Origin: an uncultured Chloroflexia bacterium
Lineage (GTDB): Bacteria > Chloroflexota > Anaerolineae > JAAYZQ01
NCBI GenBank assembly: GCA_963700285.1
Contig: CAVOXA010000014.1
Span: 480,001-544,000 of the forward strand
Direction of reading: 5' to 3'
Length of the DNA: 64,000 nucleotides
The translations under genes and the position numbers were made by a program. Under the pieces are notes generated by a model that worked only from the letters and a program-made list of their open reading frames with translations, was not told the origin of the DNA and made no database searches. Positions 56,414 through 64,000 of this stretch are shown one piece after another. The first letter of the stretch is position 1, and each line of letters starts with the position of its first letter.

Positions 56414-56471
56414 GTAACCCATTATTAACTTCATCGTTACCTCTTGTTAACACAAATAGTGTATCCTGTGG
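56414..56471 (+). promoter_or_regulatory. Four 11-bp-periodic TAAC repeats plus TGTATCCTGTGG, same layout as the dnaK promoter
   Basis: TAAC/TAAC/TTAC/TAAC at 56415, 56426, 56437, 56448; TGTATCCTGTGG at 56460-56471. Confidence 0.7.
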
Positions 56472-56640
56472 ACGTTCTCATGTACCGTGTTCCTCAGGCG
56501 CTTTAGGTAAGGATCATGGCAGTATTTGCGCGCTGCCGCAATGATCCTCTACTGCATGTGCTTAGAGGACACACTTCACATCAAATCAATTTGGAGGATC
56601 ACGCCTGGATCCTTCAACTGGCACGAAACCAGGGGGGGCT

Positions 56641-57051
56641 GTGGTAGGCAAAGTCCTCATTACCGGCCGCGACGTGAACATCCGTACAATCCTTGAATAT
56701 CGCCTGGCACAGGAAGGCCATAGGGTCTTGGTCTCCGAGAACAGCCCCCACGCTCTGGAGCAAGCCAGGGTAGAGCAGCCCGATCTGATCATCTTGGACC
56801 TGGTGGAGCCGCACGAAGATGGTCTTGGGTTCCTGAAACAGGTAAGGAGCCAGCCCGAGTCCTCGGCCATTCCCATCTTTGTCCTCAGTACCTACCGGCA
56901 AGAGGAGCTTGATGGGGAGGGAACCGGATTGCAGGGAGCGGAGTTCCTGCTCAAGCCCTTCAGCCCTCGAGAGTTGGTTGCCAGCGTGAATCGGATCGTG
57001 AACAGTAAAAGGGTTAGTTCTGGCCAGCCCAGGTTCCCAGGCCCAACTTAG
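56641..57051 (+). CDS. Single-domain receiver protein with atypical acidic pocket
   Basis: VLITGRD in place of xDD, PDLIILD, LLKPFSPREL. Confidence 0.85.
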   Translation: MVGKVLITGRDVNIRTILEYRLAQEGHRVLVSENSPHALEQARVEQPDLIILDLVEPHEDGLGFLKQVRSQPESSAIPIFVLSTYRQEELDGEGTGLQGAEFLLKPFSPRELVASVNRIVNSKRVSSGQPRFPGPT

Positions 57052-57063
57052 GGAGGCAGCCCA

Positions 57064-57378
57064 GTGACGATCGATGAGAGCTTGCACACCACCTTGTACC
57101 GGCCGGAAGATAGTGCTCCCCGGGCAGCCAAGGACGTGGGCCGGAACCAGGCAGCGATGTCAGGTTCAGACATGGCACATATACCAGCCCAGCCGGGCCG
57201 GGATATCTCGCATGCCCTACGCACACAGCTGGCCATCATCACACTCCTCAGCGGGAATCTGGACCTGCTTTACGAACGCCTGGACGACGAAAAGCGCCGT
57301 TCGATGATCAAGGACCTTCGCAAACACACGCACGAGTTGAACGACTTGGCTAGAGATCTCCTTCTGCAGTTGTCTTGA
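57064..57378 (+). CDS. Stand-alone histidine kinase dimerization/phospho-acceptor (DHp) protein
   Basis: ISHALRTQLAIITLLSGNLD..; GGAGG RBS; no catalytic domain. Confidence 0.75.
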   Translation: MTIDESLHTTLYRPEDSAPRAAKDVGRNQAAMSGSDMAHIPAQPGRDISHALRTQLAIITLLSGNLDLLYERLDDEKRRSMIKDLRKHTHELNDLARDLLLQLS

Positions 57379-57750
57379 CGACTAGCTGCGTTGGGGACTC
57401 TCCCGCACCCGAAGCATCCCCCCAAACCTACAGTTATGCCGGGTCCGTACCCAAAGGACTTGAAGTTTCCGCGCGTTGGTGATATACTTGCACCTGAGTG
57501 AGGACTGTGTACGAGCAGGCTTGTACACTTGGTCGCAAGCTTTGGACACTCGGGTGACCACGACCCGTGGTGGGAGCTGGTATCCCGCTGAAGTACGCCC
57601 GCCAAGTCCTGAACTCCCCGGTCGTTGGAAACCGGGTGCGTGTCACATACCAAGCATCCATGAACCCCAACAGGCTCACCGACAAAGCCAGGCATACCTG
57701 AGGCTGTCTTGGATTGGAATGACTGAGGTGCATTGCTAGGCAAGAGCAAA

Positions 57751-58052
57751 GTGCCCGTGCCCGTCCGCACGTTGATCCTCGGTGATGATCCAGATCAGAC
57801 CGCCATAGTGGGCGAGCTGCGCGTGGCGGGGTTTGAACCCAACTGGTTATGCGTGGCCTTGGCCAAGCGTTTGATGCATGTTCCAGCACGGCGATCCGTA
57901 TCATCGTCACAACAACACTGGGTCTGCCAGGTGACCGGGAAAGGTATCTGGCAGCTGGGGCAGCAGAGTACCTGCACAAGCCCATTGGTTCCAGGATGCT
58001 TCTCGAGATACTGGAACACCATGTCTCCGGGAACCAGAGCACCCGCGACTGA
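57751..58052 (+). pseudogene. Degenerate/chimeric receiver-domain remnant
   Basis: RTLILGDD..LRVAGFEP in one frame; IIVTT..PGDRERYLAAGAAEYLHKPI in another; central phospho-Asp segment absent. Confidence 0.55.
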
Positions 58053-58147
58053 CATGTGTTGATCCACCGCTTCTCATCCTGGCAGACTCCAACCGAATAC
58101 GACACTTGGACTTGTCCAAAAATCAAAATTCCATGATAATGTCTACC

Positions 58148-60304
58148 ATGGACAGACCGCGTATCCTCATCGTGGATGACGAACCCGACGCCCGCGACAT
58201 GCTGGCAGCGATGCTATTCCACGAAGGCTATGAAGTGACCTTTGCGGCCAATGGGCCCGAGGCGCTGGCTGCCATCAAGAAGACCGCGCCAGATGCCATT
58301 CTGCTGGATGTAATGATGCCAGGGATGGATGGCTTTGAGGTCTGCCGGCGCCTGCGCGATGATCCGCACCGATCAGAGGTACCCATCATTCTGGTGACAG
58401 CACTCGGGGACCGTGATTCCCGTCTACGCGGCATCAAAGCTGGCGCCGATGATCTTGTAACCAAACCCGTCGATCACGTTGAGCTACGAGCCCGGGTCCG
58501 AACCATTACCCGGCTCAAGCGATACCAGCGCTTGCTATGGGAGAGAACCCGGCGTCTCGAGGCCGAGGAAGAGATCCTCAAGCGAGATCGGGAGCTTGCC
58601 TTGCTCAACCAGGTCATTGTGGCCACGGGATCTACATTCGATGCGGGCAAAATACTCGACACAGCCTGCGAGGCACTGGCAGATGCCCTTGAAGTCCCTC
58701 ACGCTGCCGCCTCACTAGCCGCGTGGGAAGAGGAACAGACTTGGGCCAGGAAGCGTGACAGAAACCGGTGGGCACACCCTGCCTCAGCAACGGGTCTGAA
58801 CACCCTTGTATCCTTGATTGTGGCCAGGCTTGGCCCCCTGGCCCAGGCGCCTGTGGCGGTGATGGATGTTGGGCTGGATTCCAGGCTGGCGCCTCTGCGC
58901 AACAAGATCCACGATCACGGGATTGTCTCGCTCCTGATGGTACCCATCACGGTACGCGACAAGTTGGCTGGCCACATCGTTTTGGGTACCGCGGAACGAC
59001 GCGACTTTGACGAGCACGACTGCACGCTGGCACAGAGCGTTGCTAGCGCAGTTGGGCAGGCGCTGGACACCAGCCGGCTGTACTACGAGCTACAACGTCG
59101 GGCAGAGGATCTGGAGGGAACCGTAGCCGAGCGCGCCATCGAACTCGAGGTAGAGCGCGACCGCACGCAGGCAATCCTGGAGGCTGTCGGAGAAGCCGTT
59201 GTCGTCACCGATGTGGATGGGTTAATCCAATACATGAACCCAGCGGCAGTTGCACTGACGGGATTCAGCAGCGATGAGGCGAAGGGACAACCGTGGAGCA
59301 TCTGGAAGGGCCAGACCCTGCTCGAGGGGTATCAGGCGCTGATGGAGGAAGTCCGGTGCTCGGATCAGAACTGTCGTGGAGAGGCTGTCCATAGGCGCAG
59401 AGATGGGACGCTACGCGACGTTGCCGTGACGGTGGCTCCCTTGCACGAGCCTGACAGTGGGGATCTAGCCGGCTATGTGAGTATAGAGCGGGACATCACG
59501 CCGATCAAGGCGGCCGAGCGTACGAAGGACGAGTTCGTATCGAATGTTTCCCATGAGCTGCGTACCCCACTTTCGGTCATCACGCTGATTGGCGGAAATC
59601 TGGATAGACTCTACCATCGTCTGGAGGACGACCAGCGCCGACAGATGATCCGTGATATTCGCGAGCACACGAGCGTACTGAACGACCTGATTCAGGACAT
59701 TCTGGAAACCTCGCGCATCGATAGCCAGCGCATCTCCCTGGAGCGTCAGGTCCTTAACCTGGCGGACCTAGCAGCATCAGAGACGAAAAAGCAACTGCCA
59801 CTGGCGCGACAAAAGGGGCAATCCCTACGTCTAGTCGGTGCTCGAGTACTCTCGGTCTGGGGCAACGAGGGCCAATTGAGGCAGGCTATCCGCAACGTGC
59901 TGAACAATGCTATCAAGTATACGCCTCCGGGTGGGAAGATTGTGTGCGAAGGCTTGATGATAGAAGAAAACACGAGCTCATCTTCAGGTGAATGGGAAGA
60001 AATCCGGGCAAGCCGGAACTGCAGCACCCATGCCCCCTCCCAGGATCAGTGGATAGCTCTCCGAGTGATCGATACCGGCACTGGCATCAGTGAGGAAGAT
60101 ATGCCCTATGTGTTCAACCGCTTCTATCGAGCTGATTCCCAGAAGGAGATCCCAGGAACAGGATTGGGATTGTCAATCGCCAGGGAACTCGTCGAGTTGC
60201 ACGGGGGATTCCTGACAGCCACCTCAACTCCTGGCGAAGGCAGCACATTCTCCATTATTCTGCCTGTACAGAAAGAGAAGGATCGTGAGCATGAAGGCAA
60301 CTGA
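58148..60304 (+). CDS. Cytoplasmic hybrid histidine kinase (REC-GAF-PAS-HisKA-HATPase)
   Basis: ILIVDDE..LLDVMMP..TKP; VSHELRTPL; NVLNNAIKY; GTGLGLSIA; no TM helices. Confidence 0.93.
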   Translation: MDRPRILIVDDEPDARDMLAAMLFHEGYEVTFAANGPEALAAIKKTAPDAILLDVMMPGMDGFEVCRRLRDDPHRSEVPIILVTALGDRDSRLRGIKAGADDLVTKPVDHVELRARVRTITRLKRYQRLLWERTRRLEAEEEILKRDRELALLNQVIVATGSTFDAGKILDTACEALADALEVPHAAASLAAWEEEQTWARKRDRNRWAHPASATGLNTLVSLIVARLGPLAQAPVAVMDVGLDSRLAPLRNKIHDHGIVSLLMVPITVRDKLAGHIVLGTAERRDFDEHDCTLAQSVASAVGQALDTSRLYYELQRRAEDLEGTVAERAIELEVERDRTQAILEAVGEAVVVTDVDGLIQYMNPAAVALTGFSSDEAKGQPWSIWKGQTLLEGYQALMEEVRCSDQNCRGEAVHRRRDGTLRDVAVTVAPLHEPDSGDLAGYVSIERDITPIKAAERTKDEFVSNVSHELRTPLSVITLIGGNLDRLYHRLEDDQRRQMIRDIREHTSVLNDLIQDILETSRIDSQRISLERQVLNLADLAASETKKQLPLARQKGQSLRLVGARVLSVWGNEGQLRQAIRNVLNNAIKYTPPGGKIVCEGLMIEENTSSSSGEWEEIRASRNCSTHAPSQDQWIALRVIDTGTGISEEDMPYVFNRFYRADSQKEIPGTGLGLSIARELVELHGGFLTATSTPGEGSTFSIILPVQKEKDREHEGN

Positions 60305-61079
60305 GGATCTGGGCGGGAACACAGCTTCGGGGCAGGGCGAGGCGCCATCGATCCTTGTAGTCGAGGATGAAGCCGCGATCCTAGAGAATGTTGCGCTCAT
60401 GCTGGAAGCGGAAGGCTACCAAGTACTGACCGCCTGCAATGGATTCGAGGCTCTCAGCGCCCTGGAATCACGGCCTGTAGAGTTGATCCTTGCCGACATT
60501 GCCATGCCGCGCATGAACGGCTACCAGCTCTACGACCGCGTGCGGCAAAACCCCCACTGGCTGACCATCCCATTCATGTTCCTCACTGCCCGTACGTTGG
60601 ATAGCGACATCCGCTACGGCAAGGAGCTGGGTGTCGACGACTACCTGACCAAACCCATCCAACCGGAAGACCTACTGGCCACCGTTCAGGGCAAGCTTCG
60701 ACGCGGCCGACAACTCCGCCAGCTTGTGTCCCGGCCTGTGGCCCCTGACAGCTCGACGGAGCAGCCCCTGATCGTGGGCCAGTTGCGCATTGACCCCGGC
60801 CAACACCTAGTCTGGTTCGGAGAGGAACAGATTCGCCTGTCCGCCCGCGAGTTCACGCTGTTGGAACACCTTGCCCGACGCGCTGATCAGGTGGTTGGGC
60901 CAAAGGAACTGATTCAGATCACCCATGGCCTTGAGATCGACCACGAGGAGGCCGGCTCATTGCTGCGCCCACTCGTTCGTTCCCTGCGCCGCAAGCTGGG
61001 CTACCCAGCTGGCGAGACAGGCTGTATCATCAATGTCCGGAGCGTCGGCTATCGCCTGGCGCCACCCGGCGGACCGTAG
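60285..61079 (+). CDS. Response regulator with OmpR-type winged-helix output
   Basis: VVEDE, LADIAMP, TKP, LSAREFTLL..LRRKL..NVRSVGYRL. Confidence 0.92.
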   Translation: MSMKATEDLGGNTASGQGEAPSILVVEDEAAILENVALMLEAEGYQVLTACNGFEALSALESRPVELILADIAMPRMNGYQLYDRVRQNPHWLTIPFMFLTARTLDSDIRYGKELGVDDYLTKPIQPEDLLATVQGKLRRGRQLRQLVSRPVAPDSSTEQPLIVGQLRIDPGQHLVWFGEEQIRLSAREFTLLEHLARRADQVVGPKELIQITHGLEIDHEEAGSLLRPLVRSLRRKLGYPAGETGCIINVRSVGYRLAPPGGP

Positions 61080-61100
61080 GGGGTTCATGCAAAGGATGAA

Positions 61101-61877
61101 TCAGTTGTCCCCGGTTCCTACTTTCCCGCCTCCATGTCGGTCCCGTACGCCCACGTGTACCGCCACTGTACCCAACATCATGCGCCGGTACTGAACGTCA
61201 CACCAACCCGATCCTCGCATCACTACGGCGATCTCGTCTGGGGTCAGAAAAGATGTGAGGGAATTGGGCAAGTAGGAATAGGCAGATGGCTGACCCGTGA
61301 TCCATCCTCCCAGCAACGGCACGAGCCGATAGAAATAGAGTGCGAATAAACGCCGGAATAGGGGTTGCTGGGGTTTGGCAATCTCCAGGCAAGCGACCCG
61401 CCCACCCGGACAGGTCACACGCGCCATTTCCGCAAAGGCGGCGGGAATGTCCGTCACGTTGCGGAGCGCAAAACCGGTCACGACCGCGTCAAAAACCCCA
61501 TCGGCATGGGGAAGATGCAGCGCGTCTCCAGCGGTTAGGCCCAGGTCCGCATGGGCAGCCGCCCCTTTTTCTCGGGCAATGACCAACATTTCAGATGTAA
61601 AGTCCAGACCCACAACCTGGGCAGTTGGCTGCTGGCGCAGCGTCTCCAGGGCAAAGTCGCCTGTCCCAGTGGCAACGTCCAGCACCCGGCCGCTGGGCGG
61701 TGGCGCAGCTCTAGCTACTGCATAGCGACGCCAAGCCCGATCTCGACCCAGCGTCATCAGGCGGTTCATCAGATCGTAGCGCTGAGCGATGCGACCAAAC
61801 ATCGTTCGTACGTAGGCCGCCTTGTGCTCAGGTGAAGGGATAGCGTTAGGCAGCTGTGTTCTCTGTTGGTTGTCCAT
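61101..61877 (-). CDS. menG: Demethylmenaquinone methyltransferase (UbiE/MenG)
   Basis: MFGRIAQRYDLMNRLMTLG, LDVATGTGD, GFALRNV, AYSYLPNS. Confidence 0.9.
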   Translation of the reverse strand: MDNQQRTQLPNAIPSPEHKAAYVRTMFGRIAQRYDLMNRLMTLGRDRAWRRYAVARAAPPPSGRVLDVATGTGDFALETLRQQPTAQVVGLDFTSEMLVIAREKGAAAHADLGLTAGDALHLPHADGVFDAVVTGFALRNVTDIPAAFAEMARVTCPGGRVACLEIAKPQQPLFRRLFALYFYRLVPLLGGWITGQPSAYSYLPNSLTSFLTPDEIAVVMRGSGWCDVQYRRMMLGTVAVHVGVRDRHGGGKVGTGDN

Positions 61878-61922
61878 GTTGTTTCGTGTCCACAGGGTAG
61901 GCCAGGAGCCGGATGGCCGGTA

Positions 61923-63173
61923 CTACTCGATACGGCAAACCTTTATCGCCTGGACCACAAACTCAATCTCCTGCTCTGACAGCGACGAAGAGGACGGCAA
62001 ATACATTCCTCGCCGGCACAGATCCTCAGCGACCGGATATCGCTCGTTCCGATAGTCGGCGTGGTAGATCGGCTGCAAGTGCATGGGAATGAAGAAAGTT
62101 CGGGTTTCAATGCCTCGTCCGGCCAGACGCCTTCGAAGTTCGTCGCGACTCAGACCAAACTCATCCTCCACCAGCAGGCCATACATCCAGTAGACATTCC
62201 GGGCCCAAGGTTCCTCCTTCGGCAGGCTCAACCCAGGGACATCTTGAAGCAGCGAGCTATAGAGCAGCGCATTGCTGCGCCGGCGCTCCACAAAGCCTTC
62301 CATCTGCTCGGTCTGTGCCAGCCCGACCGCTGCCTGCATGTTGGTCATCCGAAAACTGTAGCCGATGAATTTGTGCCAGAAATGGCGCTCGTGAGAAAAG
62401 GCATGGTCCCGCAGGGTACGTACGACCTCTGCCAATCGAGGATCGTTGGTGGTGACCATTCCCCCCTCGCCAGTGGTGATGATCTTGTTGGCATAGAAGC
62501 TAAAAGCCGCGGCATCGCCCAAGCTGCCCACCAAGCGCCCTTTGTATTCGGCCCCATGGGCCTCGGCAGCGTCCTCCACAACGTACAAGTTATGTTTATT
62601 TGCAATCTCTGACACCACATCCATATCGACAGGATGGCCATAGGTATGCACCACAATGATGGCCTTGGTGCGCTCGGTGATCTTGTCCTCGATCTGCCCG
62701 ACATCCATGTTCCAAGTTCGACGCTCCGAATCGACGTATACCGGGCGTGCGCCGGTATACGATACAGCATAGGCGGTCGCGATCATGCTGAAAGTGGGAA
62801 CGATCACCTCATCCCCAGGCCCCAGGCCCAGAGCCGCCATGATCAGATGCAGCGCTGCGGTCCCACTCACACAGGCGATGCCATGTTTGCAGCCTACCAT
62901 GCGGCTGAAGCCCTGCTCGAAGAGGGGAATGTACTTGCCTGCCGACGAAATCCAATTGGTGTTCAGACAGTCCATCACGTAGCGGGTCTCATTTCCCCCC
63001 AAGGTTGGCTCGCAGACAGGAATGATTGTATGCCCAAGCTCCAACTCGGAGATTGGAATACGCGGGATTGAGATTTTCAGTTCCGGTTCGTGACCCGGTA
63101 TGATCTTGCCCAGGTCACCCAAGTCTTCCGGTAAAAGCTCCACAGGTTGCAGCATTTTCTTCCTCCAACTCAA
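61923..63173 (-). CDS. DegT/DnrJ/EryC1/StrS aminotransferase (perosamine synthase-like)
   Basis: SGTAALHL, EDAAEAHGA, FSFYANKIITTGEGG, GMYLPS. Confidence 0.93.
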   Translation of the reverse strand: MSWRKKMLQPVELLPEDLGDLGKIIPGHEPELKISIPRIPISELELGHTIIPVCEPTLGGNETRYVMDCLNTNWISSAGKYIPLFEQGFSRMVGCKHGIACVSGTAALHLIMAALGLGPGDEVIVPTFSMIATAYAVSYTGARPVYVDSERRTWNMDVGQIEDKITERTKAIIVVHTYGHPVDMDVVSEIANKHNLYVVEDAAEAHGAEYKGRLVGSLGDAAAFSFYANKIITTGEGGMVTTNDPRLAEVVRTLRDHAFSHERHFWHKFIGYSFRMTNMQAAVGLAQTEQMEGFVERRRSNALLYSSLLQDVPGLSLPKEEPWARNVYWMYGLLVEDEFGLSRDELRRRLAGRGIETRTFFIPMHLQPIYHADYRNERYPVAEDLCRRGMYLPSSSSLSEQEIEFVVQAIKVCRIE

Positions 63174-63916
63174 GAATTCTTGTGGCGGGGGGAATGGTCA
63201 GCGCCACCAGCCCACAGCCGCACTACAGTTAGTACGTATTTCCAGCCCCGCTGGATGTAGCCCAAGGGATTGGTCGCCGTCTTTGACTGCCCTTCCAAGC
63301 GGGGAACGCAATGGTAGGGAACCTCGCGAATGGAGAAACCAAGCCTTTGCGCTCGAGCCAGCAGATCAATGCAATACTCGCCATAATCTCCCCGTAGCTT
63401 GATGCTCTCGAACACACAGCGGTGTACTGCCATAAAGCCGCTGGTATAGTCCTTGACCCCCCAGCCCAGGAACAGTGACGCCCAGAGATTGATGGTCCGG
63501 CTGAAGAGCCGGCCTACAAGAGAATGGCCGATGTCCGCCCCGCCTCGCACGTAGCGCGAGCCTACAGCAATATCTGCCGCCCTTGTAGCTTCGAGCAAAG
63601 CGGGCAACACTTCAGGTGGCATGGAGAGATCGCAGTCCATCCAGGCGATTACCTCTCCCCGGGCAAGACCAATGCCCGCCATGAGTGCCGAGGTCAGACC
63701 CCGCTCTTTCTTGCGTCGAAGCAAGGTTACCCGCTGGTCCTCGCTGGCAATCTGCTCAACCACCTGCCACGTGCGGTCAGGGGAATCATCATCCACCACA
63801 ATGATCTCCATCGGCTGCCCTACATTGGCCAGGATTCTCTCGATGAGCGGGCCGATGTTCTCCCGCTCGTCGTAGGTGGGTAGTACGACTGTTACCAAGT
63901 CCAGACTATTGCTCAT
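63170..63916 (-). CDS. GT2 polyprenol-phosphate glycosyltransferase (DPM1-like)
   Basis: VVLPTYDERENI, VVDDDSPDRT, WMDCDLS, VGSRYVRGG. Confidence 0.9.
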   Translation of the reverse strand: MSNSLDLVTVVLPTYDERENIGPLIERILANVGQPMEIIVVDDDSPDRTWQVVEQIASEDQRVTLLRRKKERGLTSALMAGIGLARGEVIAWMDCDLSMPPEVLPALLEATRAADIAVGSRYVRGGADIGHSLVGRLFSRTINLWASLFLGWGVKDYTSGFMAVHRCVFESIKLRGDYGEYCIDLLARAQRLGFSIREVPYHCVPRLEGQSKTATNPLGYIQRGWKYVLTVVRLWAGGADHSPRHKNS

Positions 63917-64000
63917 TGGACATCGATCCCATCGATAACAACGCTATCCTGGCCCGAGGGCAAGAGCAACCGCTCCCCGGTCTGCGGGTCATAGACACCG
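63913..64000 (-). CDS. C-terminal end of an upstream, probably extracytoplasmic, protein (truncated by window)
   Basis: GVYDPQTGERLLLPSGQDSVVIDGIDVQ*; stop overlaps the GT2 ATG. Confidence 0.6.
   Translation of the reverse strand, partial: GVYDPQTGERLLLPSGQDSVVIDGIDVQ

Overview
GC-rich bacterial chromosomal window, most consistent with a Chloroflexota (Anaerolineae-like) genome; this is inferred from gene content and protein styles, not from a marker gene. Many genes between about 5.5-28 kb and 43-45 kb are split by single-base, mostly +1, frameshifts that look like long-read consensus errors, so I reconstructed them as single CDSs. Content in order: 2-oxoacid:ferredoxin oxidoreductase (end of alpha, beta), VOC protein, LacI regulator, ppk2; an AglE/F/G-like alpha-glucoside ABC importer whose binding protein has two near-identical domains; a sugar/osmolyte cluster (PFK, sucrose-phosphate synthase, divergent GH13-like enzyme, PfkB kinase, P-loop kinase, TreS); a chaperone cluster (dnaK-grpE-class B J protein-MerR-like-htpG-usp-htrA, then CIRCE-groES-groEL); a two-component system beside a LolA-like/MacB-type ABC module; a tightly coupled GH3 acyl-amido synthetase-methyltransferase-7TM sensor kinase-response regulator operon (best candidate for an undescribed signal-synthesis/sensing system); housekeeping genes; an orphan Eco57I-like methyltransferase, dinB and a CX5R phosphatase; an atypical phosphorelay island with a stand-alone DHp copy; and menG/ubiE, a DegT aminotransferase and a GT2. 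The dnaK operon and the phosphorelay island share a promoter design of four 11-bp-periodic TAAC repeats followed by TGTATCCTGTGG. No rRNA, tRNA, CRISPR array or IS element was seen.
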